DNA from: an uncultured virus (IMG/VR IMGVR_UViG_3300035188_001031)
Lineage: Duplodnaviria; Heunggongvirae; Uroviricota; Caudoviricetes
Length of the DNA stretch: 64,000 bases
Strand: one strand, 5' to 3'
Virus record (IMG/VR): IMGVR_UViG_3300035188_001031
This document shows, piece by piece, positions 54,679-64,000 of the stretch. Each line of letters begins with the position of its first letter. The first letter of the stretch is position 1. The position numbers were made by a program, and so were the translations under genes. The notes beneath the pieces were generated by a model. That model saw nothing but the letters and a program-made list of their open reading frames with translations. It did not search any database and had not been told where the DNA came from.

Positions 54679-54706
54679 AATACGGATAACGTATAGGGCT
54701 TAAGGT

Positions 54707-57700
54707 GTGTCTGAGTATCAGATAAAAGTCACAGCGGACACTAAAGCCGCTTTAGATGAGTTAAGAAAACTATCTAAACAGATAGAAGATGTAAACAAGC
54801 CAAAGATAAAGCCTATTGTAGATTCTAATAGTCTAGCCTCTTTAACCAAAGGTTTACAAACTGAGCTAAGGCGCTTAAAAGAGCATCAAGTCACTATCGA
54901 CATCAATAGCACTTCGTTCAAACAGTTAGGCGCACAGATTCAAGATACTCAAAATAGGCTTAGGGGTCTTGAGCAAAAGAAGCTGCTTATCAATGCAGAC
55001 CCCTCTAGCATCGTTGCGTTAAGAGCCAAACTCGGAGACTTACAGCAACAACTTGAGAGAGTTAGTACAAAATCCGAAGCGTTTAAGCGACTTACTGGAG
55101 AGATCAAAAAAACTGAAGCTGCCTTAAGCGGAGTAGGTAGCGCGGGCGGAGGGGGCGCAATGCGTCTTGTGGAGAACTTTTCAAAAGTTGGTCTTGCCCT
55201 GTACGGTGTACAACAGGCTGTACGTCTGACGGGTGCTGCTTTTAGAGGGTTTTTTGATGAAACAATAGGCAGGGAAATCCAGTTTAGAGAAACGATACTT
55301 AAAACCCAGACCACTCTGGCTTCTACCAATAAAGTCTTTCGAAATGGTTCAGAAATTACAGATCCTTATCAAAAGATTGTAGCTCTTACAGGACAAGTTG
55401 AGGAGCGTGTCGATAGCATCCGCAAGCGCTCCATTGAACTCGCGGGAGTCACGTCTAATGATGTAGTTGAAGTTTTCGCAATTGTCTCCTCTCAGATCGG
55501 AATGATCGGTGGGGGCTTAAAAGATGCGGAAGATTTAGCAATCAGCTTCTCTGCCGCTTTAGGCACCTTTGGTCTTCCACTACATCAGGCTCGCCAAGAG
55601 ATTGGATCGATCCTGCGGGGAGATATTACAAAAGACTCGTATATGGCGAAGGCACTGGGGATTACTTCAGAAGATGTAGAAAGAGCACGAACACAAGCCG
55701 GTGGTGTGGTTGCCTTTATTCAGAACAAATTAGAAGGTGCTGTCGCTGGACAAAAGATAGCTGCACAGAGCTTCTCTGGCGTGATGAGCAATCTTAAGGA
55801 TTTACAAGAACTCTTTGGACAAGAATTTGGTAAAGGTTTACTCGACCCCATGCTGGGCGGTCTCCGAACTGTTTTTAACTATCTCAATAGCATTCGGGAT
55901 ACCCTATTCGCAATAGGTAGAGAAGCGGGAGCGGGTATCGGTGAACTCCTCGGCAATAATTTATCAGCGATCGTTGGAGGATCGGATTTATTCCAAGGCA
56001 TAGGCGCCAGTGCCGCCGAGGGCGCTAAGCAGTTTGTAACCGTTATTCAACAAGCTTTTACCTCATTGCAGGCTGATGCTAATGAGTTTATTGCACCAGT
56101 TCGCAACATCTTAGAGGAGCTTGTTAAAAGTGCTGGTGTTTTACTCAGTGCATTCTTAGAACTAGGCAAGGCCCTGGCCTCTATTGGTGTCGAATCTCTA
56201 AAATCGCTTGCTTCTCTTTTTTCAAACCTCAGTGAAGTTGTAACAGTTATTGCTACAGGCCTTGCTGGTGTGCTGAAAGTTTTGACAGCACTTGTGCAGC
56301 TTCCGCCTGTGATGGTGCTTGCTCAGTTGGCTGCTCAAGTAGCAATTCTGAACAAGCTAGGCATCACCCAGATGTTCGCCGGCGCTATCGGACCCATCAG
56401 AAATATGAGTACGGCTGTGGTGGGCCTTAGTCAAAATCTGATTAGAAGTGGAGTTAGCCTGAAGACTTTCACGAGTGCAGCCGTTGGCATGGGTGCTGCA
56501 GTATCTGCAGCGGTTGTATCCATGGGGCGAGCGGTTGCTGGTTTCATGAAAGCTAATGCGTACATGATAATTATCCAAGTTACTTTAGCCGTTGTTATAG
56601 ATCTTTTCGGTCGTTTCCAGCGTCAGCAAGAAGAACTGGCACGCACCCAGAAAGCAGAAGCAGCATTGAAGGAACTAAACACTAAGTTTCGTGATGTAGG
56701 TGAGAGCGCTACCGAGGCCGAAAAAGCTCAGAAGGCATATTTAGAATCCCTAGTTAGTAATGAGTATGACGCTGCTGTCAATAACTTAAATGAAATAAAT
56801 GAGAAACTAAGGCTACAGGCTGGCCCTAATATCTTCGAGAAACTAGGCAATAGCGTTAAATGGTTTGCTGGAGAGCTAGACAAACTGCTTCGCAAATTTG
56901 GACCATTACTTGCGTTGATTTCTGGCGGCGCAATCGGAGGCGGCACATTAGGAGCCATCGCAGGGAAGCAACCTGGAAGAGGGAGTAAATCCACAGATAA
57001 TAAAATCTTCGGTTTTGATACCCGCAATATCACCGATCCCATGGGTCGTCACAGTAAAACGGGGTGGTATCAGCAAGACTTACTACGTCAGCAACGAGAA
57101 GCAGCTGCCCGTGCTGAAAAATTTAAGCTCAATGATAAAGCTGGCGGCACCGGTTCAGATGACATCCGCCTTCAGGCTGAAGAAAACCGCGCCAATATCG
57201 AAAGACAAAAGCAGCTTGAAAGTGATCTAGCTGAGCGTCGTCGCGCTTTCGAGGAAGATCTTGCCAACTTCCGCAAGTCCCAGGAGGACGCCGTCTTCGA
57301 GCGTCGTCAGTCCCTGGCCCAGAAGGAAATCGACATCTTCCGCGCTGCTGGAGAGCTCCGAATCACCCAGATGGAGCAGGCCAACGCAAAGCTCCTCGAA
57401 GGTGAGGAAGGCGCCTCCCGGGCGGCCATGGAAGCGCTGAACACCTATATCACCGAGCGCGAGAAAGGGGAACTCAATATCGAAGCGCAGAAGAAAGAGA
57501 TGGCTACCGAGCTTGTCAATATGGAGAAGACGCTAGCCGACTACAGGCTAGAGCAGGAAAAGCGAATTGCTGAGATCCGTAGAAAGGCGGATGAATACAC
57601 AATGCTGGCAATTAAGGGTCAGCAAGAAATCGGTGCTGGTATGAGTGGTAGCGCTACCACTGGTGGCGTGACCGGCCTTTCTGGTGGTAAAGCCTTTGAT

Positions 57701-60652
57701 TCAGGCCTTCGCACTGGTCCCGCTCACCTGATAGGTGGGAGCTCGGAGTATCACCAAGATATGGCATTTGGCGCTGGAGTACCACTCAAAGAGCAGGTAG
57801 CTCTTGTGCGACAGATGGCGGAAGAGTATGACAAGATCGGCCGCGCAATGGTACTAAGCAATCAGGCTGTTCATGGAAGAGTGTTCCCTGTTAAAGGCTC
57901 TGAGGCTGAACAAACTAAATGGGTGACAGATGCCCGTGCTGCCCACCGTTCTCGTAATGGTGGGACTGGAAGAGATGCAATTGATTTCTACACACCTTCA
58001 AAACAAGTAGCTATTGAAAGAGGCGGTAAAGCCGCACTGGCCCATAGTTCAGCAGTAGAAAGCACGCCCATGCTTGCTCCTGTAATACCAGGGGCCCAGA
58101 GAAATTATTTCAGCGGCGGTCGTAACGGGGCTGGTATGAGTCTCACAAGAGATGGTCAGCGGCTCTTCACACTCATTCACGGACGCACTGACCGGGCTCT
58201 ACCGCAGGGTGGAGCAATCCCTGGAGCATCTACTGCTGCTGCTCCCGCTGCAGCCCGCGCCTCTGTAAACGGTATCACCCCCGAGCTACGAGCTGCACTC
58301 GACACCATCCGACATGCTGAGGGCACCTGGCTGGGAGGGTCCGACAAGGGCTACAAGACCATGTTTGGAGGCAGCACGTTCTCCAATTTTGCCCGCCATC
58401 CGGACAAAGTCATACACACTCCGAGGTACTCCAGCGCTGCAGCGGGTGCCTACCAGTTCCTACCTGGCACATGGGATGAAGTCAGTAAAAAAGCCGGACT
58501 GAATGATTTCAGTCCTGGAAACCAGGACCGGGGAGCGATTGAGCTTCTTAAAAAACGTGGTGTATATGACTCACTTAAAGCTGGTAAGTTTACACCTGAA
58601 GTTGCGGCAAAAATGGCACCTGAATGGGCGTCATTCCCAACAATGGCGGGCGGCAGTTACTACGGACAACCTAGTAAGAAGTTCGGAGAACTAGAAAAGT
58701 TTTATAAGAGCAGACTCGGCGCAAACAGAGAAGTAGCGCCAGCTCGCCCCCTCCCCGAGTACGGATCCACCGTTGATAATCCGCAGCACATGCGGACGAT
58801 TACAGACTTAGAGAACAAGCTGGTTGCTAGTAGTCAAAAACTAGCGGATCTCCGTGCTTCTCTTGCTGACATCGGCAATTCTAAGAACTTTGAAGCTGTC
58901 GGTAAAGCATTCGAGCAAGCGCTTCCAGGTAAAGAAGACTTCGAAGCGATGGAAAGTGAAATGTTCGGCACAATGCAAACTATTGCCGCATTAGGCACAG
59001 CCACTAATGCAGCCTTTGACCCAGAAGCGTCCAAGCTCACTGTGGAGCACGCAAAGAATCGCATGATTGCAGAACGCGAACTAGCTCAAATGAGAGCACA
59101 CATTGCTGGTGATACGCGACTTACAGACCAAGAAAGAGTAAAATGGCAAGAAATACTCAACGGTATAGCTATTAAATACAATGAAAATCAAGCACGGACG
59201 CTTGAACTCAAGCAAAAGCAGCTAGGTGCCGAGCGGGCTCTTGCTTACATCCAGGAAACCCAGCAGCGCACTCAGCAACTGAAACAATCAGCCGGAGATA
59301 ACCGGAAACGAGCCGAGATGCGGCGTAGCGGGATGCGACAAGAAGACATCGACTACCGAATACAAGTCGATGCGATTAATCGTGATTATGAAGAAAAAGT
59401 AAAGGGCTTTAGCACAGTCAATCCCATGGCTAACAAGATCGGGCAGGCTTTTAATGGGTCAGTAGATACTAGCTTCCTCACATCAGCACTCCCAGCTAAC
59501 AACATCGTCCCCACGACTGGTAAATCTACCCCCAGCACTACAGCCGCCACAACCCCGAGCACGAATCCACTTACAGCTATCACAAGTGGTTTCTCTCAGA
59601 ACATTGTAAAAGTAGAAGCCGCAATGTTTTCTGCTGCTGCCACTGCATCAGGGACCTTAGGACCCGCCCTTAGTGCCGCTCTATCACCTGAAAGTCTACC
59701 AACTCTGCTGGGTGATCTATCAAAGATCGGCACTGAAATAACGGATCCTTCTGGCGGTCTACGTGCGCAAGCAGGACAAGCGAAAGAAGGTCTCTTAGCA
59801 GCAGCGCAAAGTGACTACGAAAGTGCTAGAGCCCTGAACAGCCCTATTCTACAACTTGTCGGACAGTGGCGGCAAGAATTAGCCGATACTGAAGGCATGG
59901 TTACTAGCCTTGCTGGCACGATCCAATCAGAGCTCTCCGGTGCCATGAGCACCAGCCTTATTGGACTCGTCAACGGCACCAATACGGCGAAAGAAGCCTT
60001 CGGTTCGATGTTCCAAAGCATCGGTAAAACGATGGTCGATACCGCAACACAGATGCTGTCGAAATCTCTGATGACAGGTCTGCTGGGCGGTGGGGCACCG
60101 GGCGGCGGCCTCCTCGGCAGCATCTTCGGTCTCGGGGGTGGTGGCGGTGGTGGCGGCCTCGGGAGCCTCTTGGGGGGCCTCTTCGGTGCTCGTGCTGCTG
60201 GTGGTAACGCGGACGCCAACCGCCCCCTCCTGATTGGTGAACGCGGCCCCGAGATCTTCGTACCCGACACCGGCGGTCAGATCGTCCCGAATCACCGCAG
60301 CCAGGCCTACGCCGCGATGTCCCGCCCTGTTGACGACGGCGCTTTTCCAGTAACACAGAAAGGCGGCACAAATATTGAGCCCTCAGACCCTTTTGCCGCT
60401 AACAAGAAAATCCTCGATTCAATCGCTAGTGTGTCGCAGAAGCGCAATGCAGATAAGTCTTTATCAGCTATCGGTGGCTCTGCAGAGATTAAGTACAGTC
60501 GCGTCAACTCAGGTGACCTACCCTTCATCACCGAGGACGATGCCCTGCGAATAGCCAAACAAGCCGAAATGAACGGCGCTAAGATGGGTCAACAGCGCAC
60601 CCTCGCGGCTCTGCGCAATAATCCCAGTACAAGAAGAGGTATAGGCATCTAA
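54707..60652 (+). CDS. Tape measure protein with embedded lysozyme-like domain
   Basis: 1981 aa, helical; ALDTIRHAEG...AAGAYQF...DFSPGNQD; C-terminal RAAGG...IGERGPEIFVP. Confidence 0.92.
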   Translation: MSEYQIKVTADTKAALDELRKLSKQIEDVNKPKIKPIVDSNSLASLTKGLQTELRRLKEHQVTIDINSTSFKQLGAQIQDTQNRLRGLEQKKLLINADPSSIVALRAKLGDLQQQLERVSTKSEAFKRLTGEIKKTEAALSGVGSAGGGGAMRLVENFSKVGLALYGVQQAVRLTGAAFRGFFDETIGREIQFRETILKTQTTLASTNKVFRNGSEITDPYQKIVALTGQVEERVDSIRKRSIELAGVTSNDVVEVFAIVSSQIGMIGGGLKDAEDLAISFSAALGTFGLPLHQARQEIGSILRGDITKDSYMAKALGITSEDVERARTQAGGVVAFIQNKLEGAVAGQKIAAQSFSGVMSNLKDLQELFGQEFGKGLLDPMLGGLRTVFNYLNSIRDTLFAIGREAGAGIGELLGNNLSAIVGGSDLFQGIGASAAEGAKQFVTVIQQAFTSLQADANEFIAPVRNILEELVKSAGVLLSAFLELGKALASIGVESLKSLASLFSNLSEVVTVIATGLAGVLKVLTALVQLPPVMVLAQLAAQVAILNKLGITQMFAGAIGPIRNMSTAVVGLSQNLIRSGVSLKTFTSAAVGMGAAVSAAVVSMGRAVAGFMKANAYMIIIQVTLAVVIDLFGRFQRQQEELARTQKAEAALKELNTKFRDVGESATEAEKAQKAYLESLVSNEYDAAVNNLNEINEKLRLQAGPNIFEKLGNSVKWFAGELDKLLRKFGPLLALISGGAIGGGTLGAIAGKQPGRGSKSTDNKIFGFDTRNITDPMGRHSKTGWYQQDLLRQQREAAARAEKFKLNDKAGGTGSDDIRLQAEENRANIERQKQLESDLAERRRAFEEDLANFRKSQEDAVFERRQSLAQKEIDIFRAAGELRITQMEQANAKLLEGEEGASRAAMEALNTYITEREKGELNIEAQKKEMATELVNMEKTLADYRLEQEKRIAEIRRKADEYTMLAIKGQQEIGAGMSGSATTGGVTGLSGGKAFDSGLRTGPAHLIGGSSEYHQDMAFGAGVPLKEQVALVRQMAEEYDKIGRAMVLSNQAVHGRVFPVKGSEAEQTKWVTDARAAHRSRNGGTGRDAIDFYTPSKQVAIERGGKAALAHSSAVESTPMLAPVIPGAQRNYFSGGRNGAGMSLTRDGQRLFTLIHGRTDRALPQGGAIPGASTAAAPAAARASVNGITPELRAALDTIRHAEGTWLGGSDKGYKTMFGGSTFSNFARHPDKVIHTPRYSSAAAGAYQFLPGTWDEVSKKAGLNDFSPGNQDRGAIELLKKRGVYDSLKAGKFTPEVAAKMAPEWASFPTMAGGSYYGQPSKKFGELEKFYKSRLGANREVAPARPLPEYGSTVDNPQHMRTITDLENKLVASSQKLADLRASLADIGNSKNFEAVGKAFEQALPGKEDFEAMESEMFGTMQTIAALGTATNAAFDPEASKLTVEHAKNRMIAERELAQMRAHIAGDTRLTDQERVKWQEILNGIAIKYNENQARTLELKQKQLGAERALAYIQETQQRTQQLKQSAGDNRKRAEMRRSGMRQEDIDYRIQVDAINRDYEEKVKGFSTVNPMANKIGQAFNGSVDTSFLTSALPANNIVPTTGKSTPSTTAATTPSTNPLTAITSGFSQNIVKVEAAMFSAAATASGTLGPALSAALSPESLPTLLGDLSKIGTEITDPSGGLRAQAGQAKEGLLAAAQSDYESARALNSPILQLVGQWRQELADTEGMVTSLAGTIQSELSGAMSTSLIGLVNGTNTAKEAFGSMFQSIGKTMVDTATQMLSKSLMTGLLGGGAPGGGLLGSIFGLGGGGGGGGLGSLLGGLFGARAAGGNADANRPLLIGERGPEIFVPDTGGQIVPNHRSQAYAAMSRPVDDGAFPVTQKGGTNIEPSDPFAANKKILDSIASVSQKRNADKSLSAIGGSAEIKYSRVNSGDLPFITEDDALRIAKQAEMNGAKMGQQRTLAALRNNPSTRRGIGI

Positions 60653-61119
60653 TGCAGATCGCGATTGGTACTTATATTAACTTCAGATTGTTTGCCGGCG
60701 CTGACACAGGTTACGCCTTCCAAAACTTCCACACAAATGCGACACGCAGCTATGGGGGAGTGAACTACATCTACGCTGGTTTTGGATTTAGCGGCACAAG
60801 TATCGACTTACAGGGGAGTTCCATTGAGGCTCAGCTAGTGTTCGCTGTTAGCGATCTGCTGCTGTCTTTTATTCAGCAAGCTGCTGATGATCGGTGGATC
60901 CTCCGAGTGCGGACAGTTTGGTTAAACCCTGACTCACTGGTGGAAACCTCCACCTTCATGGAGGAAATTTATCAAGTCAATGGTTTTCAGCATGATGGTA
61001 GCCGCTTAAGTCTCAAGCTGGGTAGTCCGTTAGATGCTGTTAAAAGTCATATTCCAAAACGAACTCTTAGACAAGAACTTGTTGGTTCTCTACCTTCCTC
61101 GGGGCAGATTAACTTCTGA
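60652..61119 (+). CDS. Minor tail protein (gpL-like)
   Basis: Follows the tape measure gene; L.SPLDAV...PKRTL...LVGSLP. Confidence 0.65.
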   Translation: MQIAIGTYINFRLFAGADTGYAFQNFHTNATRSYGGVNYIYAGFGFSGTSIDLQGSSIEAQLVFAVSDLLLSFIQQAADDRWILRVRTVWLNPDSLVETSTFMEEIYQVNGFQHDGSRLSLKLGSPLDAVKSHIPKRTLRQELVGSLPSSGQINF

Positions 61120-64000
61120 TGTCATTAACCCCTTACAAAGGTCATATTGTCCTTCTCCCTGAAGACAGGGAGCTCATTGATGTCTTAGGTATCACTGAGG
61201 AGGAGTACCGCTCCTTTGTTCGAGAGGCGATGAAGCGCTCTCGGATTGAACCGGGGAAACCGCAGGCGCTACTCCTCATACCTTTTGTTGCAAACCTTGT
61301 CATAGGTCTTGCTCTTAGTTATGTAGGCAATCTGCTCGCCCCTAAGAACACAGGGGGCAAGGGACCGAATATCCGACAGACCCAGAAGCAGGGTCAAAAT
61401 ATTGTAAGCCAAACAGAATTTGCCCCTAAAGTTGGCTTTGATTCACTACAGAACGTAGTAGAACTCGGCTCAAGTGTTCCCGTCATTTATGCAAAGAGGG
61501 AAGTCATCAATGGTTTTACATACGGTGGAGTACGTGTTAATACAAACCTCGTTTGGTCCCAGATGCAATCCTATGGAGGTAACCAACTCTTTAGGGCAAT
61601 CTTCTTAATTGGTGAAGGAGCCATCGGCGCTCTTGACCCAACTCAGTTCGCTTTTGGTGATAATACGATCAACGGCTACGACTTAGGACTAGGTAATTCT
61701 TCCAATAGTAGAGTTACCTTTTATCAGAAAACCAACGGCGGTCGCATCACAAGCGCTGATCGCATAGCGGGCCGAACAGCAGATAAAGATCCAGGTAACG
61801 CCCAGAACCAGGGAGCACTTGATGTCTTCCATGTGCAGAGTATAAATAATGAATGGAGACCCGACTTTTGCTATTCATACAAACCGGCCACTCAAACGCA
61901 ATTCGGTGTCTATTCACCTATTGGTGTTGGCTTAGGCTACCGAATTAACCCCAGTATGCGTCCCGCTGTCGCAGTGCGGACAGTCCCCGAGGGCGATAAA
62001 GGAAAAGTCAAATTACAATGTGATAAAGATGGTGTAGCACTAGCGCAGCGTAACAAGTACAATACTAAGTTCAAATCACGTAGCGGTATCATCCGTATTA
62101 ACGGAGTCAATTTCAACAATGATGACGGCGAAACTAGAACACTAAATGTCAACGATACTGTTACTTACTTCCTTGAACGTAGGAGCGATGCACGGCGTGA
62201 ATTTAGGGGTGGGCAACCTGGCAATGACCACAAAGAGACTTGCAATGATGTTGCTCAAGCAGTTGCAAGCCGTCAGAAGAACTGGGACGACTCCTGTTCT
62301 ATCGGTGATCTCTACAAGCTCGGAACTGCTCAACTGATATGTGAATCACGCTCTCCCATTGATGAAGTCTTCTCCTCCGAGGTCGATCAGGACCCGATCG
62401 GCGGCGGACAAGACATGGCGGTCACCTTCCGTGTCGTCAAGAGCGGCATAGCCGAACTTACCAGCCTTTCTGGAGTTGGCACAGGCACTTCAAGATCACA
62501 TCTCTTGAAGCTGTCTATCTGTGCTTTTACTTTATCAAGGGCCACTCAAGTTATCGAACTAGGCTTTAAAAGCACCCTCGGTATCCGCATCAATGGCTTA
62601 TGTAATTTCAAAGACGCGATCAGTCATAGAGAAATCGACGGCAGGGCATGCGAACACTACAGAAATAGAGTATTCGGCAAGGGGCAGAGCCTAGGACTTA
62701 GCAATTATTCCTCCGGATCCTTTTCAGGATCAGAGCGCCGCTACTCCTTTTTCCGTATTGGATACCGTGTAGCGGGCAGCACTGACGCTTATATCTACAT
62801 GAGTCAGTGCTTCGGTTTTGCCGGAGTAACGCAACAGAACCAATTCAACTATATCCGCCTTCAAATGCCCAGATTTGAAGTCTGGGAGTTCAAGATAGAA
62901 CCCTTATCAGGTTGGGAAATACGTTCTAACCAGGCTACAGGATCATTAGAAGTTCTTGATGCGAAGATTAGTCAAACCAGAACTGTATGGTCTTCTGACG
63001 TTGGCGCTACATTCAACGGACGGGCCATAAGCCGGGAAAGAAGGACCTTTCAAATGGCTTGTACGAGAGATCGTAATCTAGGTGTTGAGAAGCAGGATAC
63101 ACGAGATTATGCAGACGATTGGGGTAAGTTAGCCGAAGCCTTCGTTTATGACGAGATCCAAAGCTCAGCTCGCACTCCTGAGCATGAATTAGCGTACATC
63201 AATATTATTACACCTAATACTGTAACGCCTACTTATAACAATTTAGCGCTTATTGGCATGAATATTCGGAGTAGTACCGAATTTTCACAGCTGAAACAGC
63301 TTTCCGTTTATGTTACTAGCGGCTTAGGAGGATACCACACTTTCCCACAAGTCCTACAAGATCTCTTATCTAACACGCGCTACGGACTCGGTGCGACCCT
63401 AAGTGCAGAGCAGATCGACAATGATCTACTGCTGTCGGCTACATCGTGGACATACTCTCGCCGCTACTTCTGGGATGGCGCTCTCCCCGAGCCCGTCAAC
63501 ATCCGGCAGTGGGCCAGCACTACAGCACCCCATTTCCTACTCGAATTTGTAATCAAAAATGGTAAGTTTGCTTTACAACCTGCCGTTTATTTTAATCAGC
63601 CGGAAGTAATAACAAATCTATTCACAAGTGGCAATATTCTGGAAGACTCTTTTGAATTTTCTTATGCTGATACGGAAGAACGCATACCGAAACGAGTTTC
63701 TGTAAAGTGGCGACACGAAAGACCGGCAAATACGAATGATTCAGCTGGAATTTTCCCATTAATCCGTGAAATTAATATCCGTGAGGTAGGCACGCCCGCT
63801 GATGCTCCGCTAGAAACCCTCGATTTAACCGATTTCTGTACCAACCAGGAACATGCAATAGATGTTGCAAAATACATTTGTAGAGTTTCTCGTCTTGTTA
63901 CACACTCAGTATCTTTTAAAACTGTCCCAACAGAAGCCGGCCTGGAAATCGGTAGATGTTTCAAGCTAGGCCTTGAAACAGTCAATTATGCACAACCTAA
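61119..64000 (+). CDS. Large tail-tip/central fibre protein (3'-partial; not in ORF track)
   Basis: TGATG-coupled ATG, MSLTPYKGHIVLLPEDRELIDVLGITEEEYRSFV...; no complete + strand ORF is listed here, consistent with a frame running past the window end. Confidence 0.8.
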   Translation, partial: MSLTPYKGHIVLLPEDRELIDVLGITEEEYRSFVREAMKRSRIEPGKPQALLLIPFVANLVIGLALSYVGNLLAPKNTGGKGPNIRQTQKQGQNIVSQTEFAPKVGFDSLQNVVELGSSVPVIYAKREVINGFTYGGVRVNTNLVWSQMQSYGGNQLFRAIFLIGEGAIGALDPTQFAFGDNTINGYDLGLGNSSNSRVTFYQKTNGGRITSADRIAGRTADKDPGNAQNQGALDVFHVQSINNEWRPDFCYSYKPATQTQFGVYSPIGVGLGYRINPSMRPAVAVRTVPEGDKGKVKLQCDKDGVALAQRNKYNTKFKSRSGIIRINGVNFNNDDGETRTLNVNDTVTYFLERRSDARREFRGGQPGNDHKETCNDVAQAVASRQKNWDDSCSIGDLYKLGTAQLICESRSPIDEVFSSEVDQDPIGGGQDMAVTFRVVKSGIAELTSLSGVGTGTSRSHLLKLSICAFTLSRATQVIELGFKSTLGIRINGLCNFKDAISHREIDGRACEHYRNRVFGKGQSLGLSNYSSGSFSGSERRYSFFRIGYRVAGSTDAYIYMSQCFGFAGVTQQNQFNYIRLQMPRFEVWEFKIEPLSGWEIRSNQATGSLEVLDAKISQTRTVWSSDVGATFNGRAISRERRTFQMACTRDRNLGVEKQDTRDYADDWGKLAEAFVYDEIQSSARTPEHELAYINIITPNTVTPTYNNLALIGMNIRSSTEFSQLKQLSVYVTSGLGGYHTFPQVLQDLLSNTRYGLGATLSAEQIDNDLLLSATSWTYSRRYFWDGALPEPVNIRQWASTTAPHFLLEFVIKNGKFALQPAVYFNQPEVITNLFTSGNILEDSFEFSYADTEERIPKRVSVKWRHERPANTNDSAGIFPLIREINIREVGTPADAPLETLDLTDFCTNQEHAIDVAKYICRVSRLVTHSVSFKTVPTEAGLEIGRCFKLGLETVNYAQP

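Overview
The window is most of a temperate long-tailed phage genome (siphovirus type), very probably a cyanophage of picocyanobacteria. The host inference rests on a cyAbrB-like regulator, an RpoD-like sigma factor, an NblA-like gene and an attachment core matching the 3' half of tRNA-Pro(GGG). Gene order: distal tail and fibre genes (1-8.6 kb); an L,D-transpeptidase gene; an IS200/IS605-family tnpB-only element; attP, tyrosine integrase and excisionase; leftward replication genes (dcd, AbrB-like, PolA, primase-helicase); rightward nucleotide-metabolism and early/accessory genes (19-39.8 kb: SSB-like, PD-(D/E)XK nuclease, dNMP kinase, intein-containing ThyX, sigma factor, two-domain beta-clamp, adenine methyltransferase, DUF932, subtilase, NblA-like); packaging and head genes; tail genes up to a tail-tip gene running off the right end. 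The most unusual features are: (i) three identically spaced promoter/leader repeats, each driving small unknown genes, inserted after the MuF gene, with an HLR1-like box and a basic Zn-finger candidate regulator; (ii) a 90-bp in-frame copy of the major capsid gene inside an early gene; (iii) duplicated H-type pseudoknot leaders around DUF932; (iv) a TTGACA-N14-TGTCAA palindromic promoter family; (v) a ~200-bp palindrome in the primase-helicase 3' end; (vi) several accessory cassettes bounded by direct repeats. All functional calls come from motif recognition by eye, not from database searches.
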